From the IMG/VR virus record IMGVR_UViG_3300031867_000022, positions 36,633 through 100,632 of that record: a stretch of 64,000 nucleotides of DNA. The stretch is one strand, 5' to 3'. A program made the position numbers and the translations under genes. The notes under the pieces are model-generated. The model did not search any database and was not told the DNA's origin. It saw only the letters and a list, made by a program, of their open reading frames with translations. Positions 9,331 to 17,722 of the stretch are shown piece by piece. This DNA is from a virus. Lineage: Duplodnaviria > Caudoviricetes. Within the stretch, counting starts at the first letter, position 1. Every line of letters starts with the position of its first letter.

Positions 9331-9376
9331 TCGAATAAGCCTTTTACTATCGATTGCAGTAAGAAAATTGCATAAC
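9331..9376 (+). promoter_or_regulatory. Repeated early-region leader motif, copy 3
   Basis: TCGAATAAGCCTTTTACTATCGATTGCA...TTGCATAAC. Confidence 0.5.
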
Positions 9377-9403
9377 ATTGTTCCATTTAAAACGTTTTAA
9401 AGT

Positions 9404-10021
9404 ATGAAGTACAATCTTGAAGACATTAAATTGCGCAAAGTTGCGGAAGGCAAGCAGAATGCAGGTGCACTGTTCATTCAGGCCACAGTAGTCAACCCTG
9501 ACGACATCTGGGAAGAGCCAGGACAGATGACCACGTTCAATGAACGTGTGGTCAAACAGTTTGGACAATTCTTGCTTCCAGCACAGCCAGGTGGAAAAGA
9601 CCAATTTGGTCGTGATGCATGGTTACCCAGTCAGTTGAAGGATGCTACCAAGCCAATTCCTGCCGAAATGCTGGTGATGACTCACGCTCAGTTCGAGGAA
9701 GTTCCAAGCCCAGGCGGTGTTGAAATGGTTCGCCTCAACGACACTGGTGACGGTCCTGCCGTGAATCCAAAGAACGGTCAGTTCTATCGTCGTACATCCA
9801 TTCTGGTGTTGACCAAGAAGGCTGTGGACAACGAGACTGGTGCAGAGCGTTATGCACGCGGTTGGAGCCCACAAGAGCAGGCCAGCGGAATCTGGAACAA
9901 CCTGTATGCTCCTGCGTCACAGTTCGACACCAACGCTCAGGGCGGTGTAGCACTCCCAATAGGAGCAGAGGCACCATTAATAAATAGCGCTTCAGCACCT
10001 GGAGTAGCACCAGCAGTTTAA
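9404..10021 (+). CDS. Hypothetical early protein (205 aa)
   Basis: Long ORF with biased codon usage. Confidence 0.85.
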   Translation: MKYNLEDIKLRKVAEGKQNAGALFIQATVVNPDDIWEEPGQMTTFNERVVKQFGQFLLPAQPGGKDQFGRDAWLPSQLKDATKPIPAEMLVMTHAQFEEVPSPGGVEMVRLNDTGDGPAVNPKNGQFYRRTSILVLTKKAVDNETGAERYARGWSPQEQASGIWNNLYAPASQFDTNAQGGVALPIGAEAPLINSASAPGVAPAV

Positions 10022-10146
10022 TTCCGCAACGTAGGGTCGTGTCACAAGGCACGGCCCTTTTGCCTTCTGTCTCGGAGTAAAACAACACATCAGATAGCCA
10101 AAATGGAACGATAACCAAGTTTGAATCAATCAACAAAACAAGATAT

Positions 10147-10380
10147 ATGGAAAGAATGGCAATCGAGCTCACATTTGAGCGTTCAGGAAAAGAGTACGTA
10201 GAGCACTGTGAAAATTTCAAAATCACAAGTACTGGTTATGTGGCAATAGACTACTTTGACGGTGGTTACAATTGTGTATACAAAGCCAATGAACTAAAAA
10301 GTGCAAAAATGGTACTCAAAAAGTCAGTATTCCCAGACATGGAATCGTATTTATACTGGAAAAATGCGTATAACATGTAA
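10147..10380 (+). CDS. Hypothetical protein
   Basis: Preceded by TTTGAATCAAT leader motif. Confidence 0.7.
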   Translation: MERMAIELTFERSGKEYVEHCENFKITSTGYVAIDYFDGGYNCVYKANELKSAKMVLKKSVFPDMESYLYWKNAYNM

Positions 10381-10477
10381 CATCTCTGTTTACCACAGAC
10401 TACAGCTCTATCTCTTCCACAAGGATGATATCTGAAAATAGTCTGTGGTCTTTGTTTGAAATCAATTTGAACAACAT

Positions 10478-10807
10478 ATGCAAATCACATTTACAGACGT
10501 TCATTGGAGAAATCAAGATGACTCCAACGTGTTCAACATGCACGCCATCAAAAGCATGACACTGGACACAACAACATCTATCCTCACTATAGAGGGTACA
10601 ACGAACACATTCTCAGCACCGTTTTGTGAACTCACCTACGGAGGTGGAGTTACTCATTTTGAGTTATTAACCAAACATCCGTATGAAACAGGAGAGTACA
10701 TAAATATTGCAGTGTTTGAATCTACAAATGTGGTATGTGTAGCACATCATTCTCACAACGTTCCTGCGTGGTTTGAGAATAAGTGCAAAACACATGTACA
10801 CGTCTAA
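10478..10807 (+). CDS. Hypothetical protein
   Basis: Preceded by TTTGAAATCAAT leader motif. Confidence 0.7.
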   Translation: MQITFTDVHWRNQDDSNVFNMHAIKSMTLDTTTSILTIEGTTNTFSAPFCELTYGGGVTHFELLTKHPYETGEYINIAVFESTNVVCVAHHSHNVPAWFENKCKTHVHV

Positions 10808-10874
10808 AACGTAAAGTCCAGCCGCGTTAAAGAGCTGGACACTTGGTTTGAAATCAATCAACATATCAAGATAT

Positions 10875-10955
10875 ATGGATACATTAAAGTTATTTATCCC
10901 TGTAATACTAGGTCTATTACTCGGATGCACAGTTATTTACCTGTTATTCTATTAG
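10875..10955 (+). CDS. Small membrane peptide (26 aa)
   Basis: MDTLKLFIPVILGLLLGCTVIYLLFY-TAG, after the same leader motif. Confidence 0.45.
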   Translation: MDTLKLFIPVILGLLLGCTVIYLLFY

Positions 10956-11346
10956 TATATGACATACAATAAGTATACTATAAATGTGGCAGGTAGAGAC
11001 TATGTGAGGGAGATAACACGATGGGTAGGCCACAAGCACGTCGTTAATATCCCTGTAATGCATCCTGAGGATATCTAGTCCTCAAAACTCTCTTTAAAAC
11101 TCTATTCATCATAGCCTATCAAAGGTTTGAATAGGAGTTTATGTGCAGCGATAGCACTATTGAGAACAATTTGCCTATTACGAATGTCACGACCTCTCTT
11201 AGGCACGGGGCTTGCTGGATATCAGTGGCCCCATTTTATATGACTACTTCTATCATGATAAATATTGTTTAGGTTATACCTAGCCTCTGCTGGTCTGTGA
11301 AGATAGGCAGAGTTTTAATTGAAATCAATTCAAAACAACAAATATT

Positions 11347-11694
11347 ATGTATAATTATGAAACTTTCTTAAAGTTGGTAGGATGTTTAAAGCAATATGTT
11401 GGAAACCATAACAGCATAATGTGTTCTCCATATAGAATACAAAAACACTTACTACCAGGAATCTACTATCAAGATGCTCAAGTGATTACACAACATTATC
11501 GTCTTTGTCTTAAAGATAGATATTCATTAGACAAATTGGTACTGATGATTATATTGTACAGATATGGAATATATATGTTATTCGAAAATAGTAAATCTGA
11601 AGTAATTAGAACAAGAGATTTAGTCCCTATCGAACAATGGCATAGTATACAAAAATGTATAATAGCATTAGAAAAATTCATGAAAAGATTTTAG
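11347..11694 (+). CDS. Hypothetical protein
   Basis: Preceded by TTGAAATCAAT leader motif. Confidence 0.65.
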   Translation: MYNYETFLKLVGCLKQYVGNHNSIMCSPYRIQKHLLPGIYYQDAQVITQHYRLCLKDRYSLDKLVLMIILYRYGIYMLFENSKSEVIRTRDLVPIEQWHSIQKCIIALEKFMKRF

Positions 11695-11698
11695 CATT

Positions 11699-11893
11699 AT
11701 GAGACGTAGATTTAATCCGTGTGCTGTCGCTAGTAGTGATGGTACACACGTCATGGTTTCACATGACACAAGACGCAGTGAACGCCCTCAACGCCAATTA
11801 AGGGAGTTTGCACGACTTGGTGCGTTAAAAATCCAGGTCACATCGATGCAAGCAGCGATGCTCGCGCCGTGCCAGAGAGTGGTACGCTTATAA
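11699..11893 (+). CDS. Hypothetical basic protein
   Basis: 64-aa ORF directly following the previous gene. Confidence 0.55.
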   Translation: MRRRFNPCAVASSDGTHVMVSHDTRRSERPQRQLREFARLGALKIQVTSMQAAMLAPCQRVVRL

Positions 11894-12003
11894 TATATAC
11901 AAGAGGAGAGAGGTTCGATTTGTTTTTCTTTAAGGAATTCTGTTAGAGTATTGAATGTATTACTTACTTATGCTACAGCGGTAGCACTCTCCTCTTCTAA
12001 TAT

Positions 12004-12064
12004 AATACTGTCGGGATGTAGATGTCCCCTGATGAGTCGTTGCAAATTACGACGAAACAGTATT
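12004..12064 (+). ncRNA. Type III hammerhead ribozyme
   Basis: Stem III AATACTG/CAGTATT, GUC triplet (cleavage after 12012), stem I GGGAT/GTCCC, core CTGATGA, stem II GTCGT/ACGAC, core GAAA. Confidence 0.9.
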
Positions 12065-12088
12065 GTCTAACCAAATCATTTATCAAAA

Positions 12089-12442
12089 ATGGCAAAAAAG
12101 ATTATCGTAGACGAAATTAAGAGAGCCTCAGCTGCTCTCAAAGATTTCCACATTGCTCATGTAATTGTCTCTTATAAAGACAAACATAGCATTGTTGTGT
12201 TGAATAAGCTATTTGAAGATGCCAAAACGGCAATTCAGACGGCTGACGTCAAGATTCTTAGTGTTCGTGGTGCTCGTCACTATGAGACACTTGCTCTCAA
12301 TCACAGTATGTGGGAACCAATGTACGAACACAAATGTAAACATTGTGGTAAAACGTTCAGGTCTCCAATTAAGGAACAAGTCTGGTGCTCTCATGCATGT
12401 AAGTGGGCTTATCGTAAACAACAAAAAACCAAAGCAGCATGA
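12089..12442 (+). CDS. Protein with C-terminal zinc finger, ends -AA
   Basis: CKHCGKTF...WCSHAC; TTTATCAAAAATGGC start context. Confidence 0.8.
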   Translation: MAKKIIVDEIKRASAALKDFHIAHVIVSYKDKHSIVVLNKLFEDAKTAIQTADVKILSVRGARHYETLALNHSMWEPMYEHKCKHCGKTFRSPIKEQVWCSHACKWAYRKQQKTKAA

Positions 12443-12554
12443 AACTAACAGAAAACGAGAAAAATGCAATAACATGCGTACTGATTATGGTAGTATGCGC
12501 AGCCGTTGTCTTTTGCGCTGCAATTGTTTCTAGTTGTAACTCTTATTAATTTTT

Positions 12555-12779
12555 ATGACGATGACAGACATTGAATTCCACATTTTAATGGTATGTGTTA
12601 TAGGTGTTGTTATTGCAGTAAATAGTGTATTGGTAACAATCACAGTATTCTACGCAAAAAAGACCTATAGATACATAAAGAACATCAGCGAGACTGTTCG
12701 CCGGATTCGGAATATAACAATTACCACTCTGGAACAAAACTATGAGAGAGCGGAATCAGAATCTTCCGCCACTTCCTAA
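12555..12779 (+). CDS. Small membrane protein
   Basis: One hydrophobic segment. Confidence 0.55.
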   Translation: MTMTDIEFHILMVCVIGVVIAVNSVLVTITVFYAKKTYRYIKNISETVRRIRNITITTLEQNYERAESESSATS

Positions 12780-12963
12780 AAAGAAGCGTGTGGATGTCAA
12801 GGGGAATGATAAACGCAGAGTATTTGTAAAGTCTGGCAATGCAACTATGATGCTTGCTAAAGGCCTAACAAAGAATGCGTGTGATATTCTAGAGTCTAAG
12901 ATTGTAAATGCAATTAAAGACCTAGGTGGTGAATGTACGTGTAACTTTTTAAAGTGGAAATAA
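12742..12963 (+). CDS. Hypothetical protein
   Basis: 73-aa ORF in operon. Confidence 0.6.
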   Translation: MRERNQNLPPLPKKKRVDVKGNDKRRVFVKSGNATMMLAKGLTKNACDILESKIVNAIKDLGGECTCNFLKWK

Positions 12964-13134
12964 ACTATGTTATATCTATTTATTACACTAATGATGATTG
13001 CGGTTCTATTGTTTGAATTTATAATATTCTACATAATTATAAATCGCGATGGAGACGACATGTACAAATAACTCTACCCCTCCAGGATTCTGGATTGGAT
13101 TGATTTTGATCGTTGTTATACTATTAATTCGTAA

Positions 13135-13545
13135 TTGTTCAACATGAGAAAAGGCGATATCGTTAGACAAATGATGTTCGATCGTGGAGGACTAATAGGT
13201 CCATATATGCGTATCGAATATATTGAGCATAATAGAGTATACTGTAGTGTGTTAAACTCGGATACTCCGAACAAATTGGTCTTGGGAAACAGACTTAGAA
13301 AGATTCCCAGTGCAGCCTTACAAGTGAGTGAAGATGCATTAAAATGGATAAAAGAACACATATTTGACGACCAGTCAATATCCCATTCGGCAACAAAGAC
13401 ATGGCTGCATGTGCATGAAACAACACCAGCACCAAGAATCATTAAGCTTTACACAAACAAAGGAAACTATTACTATGTTAAACTATTTTCGAGTAAGATG
13501 AGAAAATCTACACAGGAAATAGTTGTAGAAATAGAACGGTTATGA
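13135..13545 (+). CDS. Hypothetical protein (start may be ATG 13144)
   Basis: ORF track; ATGA overlap with the next gene. Confidence 0.7.
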   Translation: MFNMRKGDIVRQMMFDRGGLIGPYMRIEYIEHNRVYCSVLNSDTPNKLVLGNRLRKIPSAALQVSEDALKWIKEHIFDDQSISHSATKTWLHVHETTPAPRIIKLYTNKGNYYYVKLFSSKMRKSTQEIVVEIERL

Positions 13546-13730
13546 AAGTCATAAGACCTGGCCAGTGGATCAAGCTTAATGGTACAATATATCGTGCAAT
13601 GAAACGCACGAATGGCTGCAAAGGATGCATATTAGATGATATTATATTGTGTCCAAATATAGTTGACAGTCGAAATGGAACGCCACCATTAGACTGCGAA
13701 CTAAACAATATCATATTAACAAAGCAATAA
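13542..13730 (+). CDS. Small Cys-rich protein
   Basis: CKGC...C...C pattern. Confidence 0.6.
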   Translation: MKVIRPGQWIKLNGTIYRAMKRTNGCKGCILDDIILCPNIVDSRNGTPPLDCELNNIILTKQ

Positions 13731-14262
13731 CACCGTGAGGTGTGAAATGTTCATATGTTGTTATTTTTGAAGCCAGAACCTGCCTGTCGTGAGACACGCA
13801 GGTTCAATTTTATATTGCATAGAACTCGACTGAGATCAGGAAACCTCAAGCCCTGACAATCAGACTTTTTTGGGACGCCTTACTGTCTGAAGAACGAGGA
13901 GAGGGTGCAATTGCAACAATCTTGTGGTACCGAGGGGAAATCGGTACAAACTAGGACATATGTATACCTGTCCAACTAAGTAGAAATCGTGTAGAATCCA
14001 ACACGAACAAAACTTAGGCTCAGTGGGTCAAACTGAGTACCCCACAGTACACAGTTGTAGGTGTAGGTGCGAAACCAACTGTGGGAACAACGTTGTGAAA
14101 CGCGTTTGTCCATTGTAGTAGGCATTTTAGGTTAAATTAAAATGTTAATGCGATGTAGGGACGTTGTGAAACGTCTCTACATTTTCACAACAACAAATAC
14201 ATCCGAGGTGGTTGGAGGTCTAGCAGTAAGGAGCTTGCATACAGCTAGGGTAGGATGTAAAT

Positions 14263-14334
14263 GGTCTATTCGTCTATCGGTTAGGACGACAGATTTTCAT
14301 TCTGTAAAGAGCAGTTCGACTCTGCTATAGACTA
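14263..14334 (+). tRNA. tRNA-Glu (UUC)
   Basis: Acceptor GGTCTAT/ATAGACT, anticodon arm ACAGA-TTTTCAT-TCTGT, T-arm AGCAG-TTCGACT-CTGCT; no encoded CCA. Confidence 0.9.
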
Positions 14335-14354
14335 CAAACCACTAATTTAAAATT

Positions 14355-14540
14355 ATGTGTATATTAGAATTTGAACCTGGAACTCCAACATTTCGAATGG
14401 TTGAAGTTCTTCACGATTTATTAGGTGTTCCTCTTAGAGACGCACGAGACGCAGTTGAGTTACATCGAGTAAAATGTCCAAAAGACAGACGTGAAGAATT
14501 TATTAAAACTATTGAGAAATACGGAGGAAAGGTAATCTAA
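14355..14540 (+). CDS. Ribosomal protein bL12 C-terminal-domain-like protein
   Basis: VEVLHDLLGVPLRDARDAVE...EEFIKTIEKYGGKV resembles the L7/L12 CTD pattern (GLKEAKDLVE...LEEAGAKV). Confidence 0.5.
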   Translation: MCILEFEPGTPTFRMVEVLHDLLGVPLRDARDAVELHRVKCPKDRREEFIKTIEKYGGKVI

Positions 14541-14610
14541 GGTCTTTTCCAAGTCTCCCTTAAAGACTGGATAATAACAAATGTTTAATCTTCTAATAAA
14601 TTTATCAAAA

Positions 14611-15147
14611 ATGAAGAAGAAATGCAATCTTTTACAGCTCATCGTATGTGCAATGATTATCGTTGTAGCTGTTATTGGTTCCTGCAGCTTGTTAAGCTGT
14701 GGGAAAATGCCCTGGAGTAAAAAGGCTCCCTCTATGGAAGAGACTATTGACAGTCTCGTAAACGCTAAAGTTAAAAAGACAGTCAATCCTACATTCTATT
14801 CTGTAGATGAGGTGACAGTCTATCAAGAACTGACTCGTGATGGTAACAAAATCGACTCTGTCTTCAATGCCATGCCATATGACATACTTAAGAATGTGTC
14901 ACATGTTCTGATAAAGAAGAATGGTACTACGACAAAGAAGGAAATCGTTACAGAATTTACATCTCACAAAGACATCTACCCTAATTTACCAAAGATACCA
15001 GATCCTGTAACAGAGGACTCTGTAGTCAACGCAAAGGGGAAGAAGTCAGGTGTGTTTTCTACGTCGTACAAGTATCGAACTGATACAGTAGATGGGATTC
15101 CGGTAAAAGTTCAGATAAAAGAGGAGGAGAGTTATGTCGAAGAGTAA
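14611..15147 (+). CDS. Putative lipoprotein
   Basis: TTTATCAAAAATG context at 14611; basic N-terminus, hydrophobic stretch, LLSC lipobox-like motif. Confidence 0.7.
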   Translation: MKKKCNLLQLIVCAMIIVVAVIGSCSLLSCGKMPWSKKAPSMEETIDSLVNAKVKKTVNPTFYSVDEVTVYQELTRDGNKIDSVFNAMPYDILKNVSHVLIKKNGTTTKKEIVTEFTSHKDIYPNLPKIPDPVTEDSVVNAKGKKSGVFSTSYKYRTDTVDGIPVKVQIKEEESYVEE

Positions 15148-15598
15148 TTTGCCACATGCCATTGTCATCATGTATAATGGCTGCGATCTAAGTCCTGAAA
15201 AGTTTGCGGAAGTTTGCGGTATGGTTGTAGAATATCTGCAAAGAAACGGTATTGCTATCCCAGAACTAACGAACGCAAAATGTTTTGATGCCAATGACAT
15301 TGCAAACCTCATGGTTTCTGATGCCGATTTGCACAAGAACATGAACTCAGATCCTGTCGAGAATGCTCTAAAGTATCTCAGTACACGCTACTCTGAGTAT
15401 TTGCGTGACAAGAACATGATTCCGCTTATTGTCAAATTGAATAAAGATATTCAGGAAGACAATGAAATTTTGGTGACTGCTCTACAGATTATATGTGAGA
15501 AGATCATAACAGACAATCAGTTAAGAAAATATGGTATCTGCAATACCGTGATGAATACAATGCGACAATGCTACAGGTATCACGTTCAGGGTAGTTAG
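15134..15598 (+). CDS. Hypothetical protein
   Basis: 154-aa ORF. Confidence 0.75.
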   Translation: MSKSNLPHAIVIMYNGCDLSPEKFAEVCGMVVEYLQRNGIAIPELTNAKCFDANDIANLMVSDADLHKNMNSDPVENALKYLSTRYSEYLRDKNMIPLIVKLNKDIQEDNEILVTALQIICEKIITDNQLRKYGICNTVMNTMRQCYRYHVQGS

Positions 15599-15758
15599 TT
15601 ATGCACGGCTGTCAGAAAACCAAACCTGTTACGTACAGGGAGCGTCATAAGGCTGCCACGCCTTATATTCGCAAAACAAAACACAGAGAAGACCTCCGTA
15701 AGGAGTATTCATAGTGAGTTACAAACATTTAGTTATTAATTTTTAACATTTATCAAAA

Positions 15759-16421
15759 ATGGCAAAAGAAAAAGAACAAAAGCAGAAAGCTGTTACACTT
15801 ACAGCGAACAACGTAGTCGAAGAAGCTAAAAAAGGTAACATTCTGACCACCGAGTTGAAAGAGCGCATGGACAAGGAGATCCAAGACGAGAAGGACAAAC
15901 AGATCGTCTATGAGGTCAAGCGCCGTCACAGTAAGATAGGTTATATCTTAGGCATGTCTTTGGTTCACAAACGCAAGATGAACCGATACAACGATCTTTC
16001 GACGTACAACGTTCGTCAGCTTGGCCGCCTTGAGCGATTCTTGTGTGGATTTACGGTAACTGACCAGATCATCAACGAATTCGCTCGTACAGAGGATGAC
16101 GTTCTCGGATTGGAAGTTCTTGACGAGAAGAAGAACGTTCTCAAGATCAAGATTGTGAAAGAGGACGGCAAGACTCGCGAAGAGAAGGAATTCAAGGTAG
16201 GCGACGTGGTGCCCGCTGTCATCGACTTTTCTGAGTTTGACAAAGGTACAGCCAAGCTGGAGGAGAACCTCAAGAAGAAGCGTCAGGAGATCGAAGATCT
16301 GCATAAAGATGACGCAAAAGTCATTGCGCAGGCAGCTGGAGAGTACTACAGTACAGACTGGACATACAACTTACGTATCGTAACCATGGATGGTCTCGAT
16401 CGTTCTCATCCAGTGTATTAA
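15759..16421 (+). CDS. Hypothetical charged protein (220 aa)
   Basis: TTTATCAAAAATGGC context; biased codons. Confidence 0.85.
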   Translation: MAKEKEQKQKAVTLTANNVVEEAKKGNILTTELKERMDKEIQDEKDKQIVYEVKRRHSKIGYILGMSLVHKRKMNRYNDLSTYNVRQLGRLERFLCGFTVTDQIINEFARTEDDVLGLEVLDEKKNVLKIKIVKEDGKTREEKEFKVGDVVPAVIDFSEFDKGTAKLEENLKKKRQEIEDLHKDDAKVIAQAAGEYYSTDWTYNLRIVTMDGLDRSHPVY

Positions 16422-16469
16422 GCAACTGTGACTAGTGATAGTCAAGTCAGCACATCATCCATAAAGCGA

Positions 16470-16810
16470 GAACCTAGAGTCAGTGCTTTATAAAACCCAA
16501 AATGTAGATTACAGATCAATAGTCCGTCTTTACACTATCGGTACACGTTTACAGATTAATTAAATGGACGGTAGAGCACGACACTACATTTAATATAAGC
16601 AGAATTAACTGCAAGCAGTTAGAGTCTTGAGCCAACACTGTTAGGGTGATTAACACCGACCACACGGTGTAATAATATGTGGCCATTTGATCAAATAACT
16701 GCAATGTACGAGCCATTGAGTCGGTGCCACTGAGTGAGATGATATCAAAACTTAGACACTGCATTGTATATCAAGAAATGCGGGTACAACCTATTCAGAA
16801 CCTTAGAGTC
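16470..16810 (+). repeat. Cluster of four GARYC-N2/3-GARYC motifs in non-coding DNA
   Basis: GAACC-TA-GAGTC 16470; GAGTC-TT-GAGCC 16622; GAGCC-ATT-GAGTC 16710; GAACC-TTA-GAGTC 16798. Confidence 0.65.
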
Positions 16811-16998
16811 AGCAATAGATCACTGTACCAAACTAAGGCCTTAAAAAGCCTCTCTAAGCGTTTCAAATCCTTGAGTGGATTAGCTACCCATGATAGGGGG
16901 AGAAAATGCCTTAGAGAGGCTATAATACGGCTTAAATCGAATTCTGTGACTGATCATCACAGAGTTTACTAGAGTGTACAACATTAAAATCAATTTAT

Positions 16999-17175
16999 AT
17001 GAAGTACGAAAATTCTATGCATCGATTCTTTCAAGTTAGTAGCGGAGTTTCCCTTATTATAGCAGGTATAAGTATGCTAAAAGGCAATATGCAAGGTGCA
17101 ACATTTGGTGTGCTTTTGGCCATACACTTAAACATGCTATCTTGGAATTATGAAGATTACGATGAGGAAGAATAA
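16999..17175 (+). CDS. Small membrane protein (58 aa)
   Basis: MKYENSMHRFFQVSSGVSLIIAGISML...YDEEE-TAA. Confidence 0.5.
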   Translation: MKYENSMHRFFQVSSGVSLIIAGISMLKGNMQGATFGVLLAIHLNMLSWNYEDYDEEE

Positions 17176-17177
17176 GA

Positions 17178-17390
17178 AATCTTAGCGTGTCCCAGGATAA
17201 GTCGTTCGGACGGCGGTTCGATTCCGCCCAGGTCCACCTATATTAATAAATATGGGCTTGACTGGTTTAGACGGCGACAGAAAGTAAGACATCAAGCGCT
17301 TTGATATAAAAATTAAACGGCAACATAAACGTTGTTGACTACACGGGTCTCCAGGAGGCAGCGTGAAGTCGGTGAACCCTACCTAAGTGG
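17178..17390 (+). ncRNA. ssrA: Circularly permuted (two-piece) tmRNA; outer ends approximate
   Basis: The 3' acceptor part comes first (GGAC-GGCGG-TTCGATT-CCGCC-CAGGTCC-A-CC, 17208-17238), then an AT spacer, then the 5' part GGGCTTG-ACTGGTTTAGAC at 17254. Pairing gives G3-U70; P2 is GGCGAC/GTCGTT; tag ORF 17319-17366 reads GNINVVDYTGLQEAA-TGA. Confidence 0.88.
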
Positions 17391-17393
17391 GGA

Positions 17394-17450
17394 GAGTGAG
17401 TAGCGTTAATTCGCCCAGGTACAGGTGGGTTCGAATCCCACACTCACTCC
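17394..17450 (+). ncRNA. Anticodon-less tRNA-like element
   Basis: GAGTGAGT/ACTCACTC stem stacked on GTGGG-TTCGAAT-CCCAC T-arm; small GCG/CGC arm. Confidence 0.6.
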
Positions 17451-17539
17451 TACGTCGTGAGACGCATTAGACTGTCTTAAAGGATAGTCTCTTTCGTGAA
17501 TGGTAGGTGCAGGTGAAGTATAGTAGCCTGCACCGTAAT

Positions 17540-17708
17540 GGATCAATAGCTCAGTTGGTAGAGCAATAGAGATAAGCAAAAGATAGAGCTGTCACGGCTA
17601 CATGGCTGATATAAACCGTGTAAAAAATGTGTAAAATTGATTTGTTTCAAACTATCATGGTGATTTGTTTATCTTTATAAGTCCCCGGTTCGAGCCCGAG
17701 TTGGTCCA
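17540..17708 (+). ncRNA. tRNA-like RNA with ~113-nt extended anticodon domain
   Basis: Acceptor GGATCAA/TTGGTCC, D-arm GCTC-AGTTGGTA-GAGC, T-arm CCCGG-TTCGAGC-CCGAG. The anticodon stem is replaced by a 15-bp helix ATAGAGATAAGCAAA/TTTGTTTATCTTTAT enclosing more structure. Confidence 0.75.
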
Positions 17709-17722
17709 CAAACACATATCGA

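Noticed and set aside
14142-14330. 62-aa ORF
   Set aside because: Overlaps tRNA-Glu and the hairpin array.
16425-16990. CRISPR mini-array
   Set aside because: Repeats are only 12-13 nt, degenerate and irregularly spaced; no cas genes.
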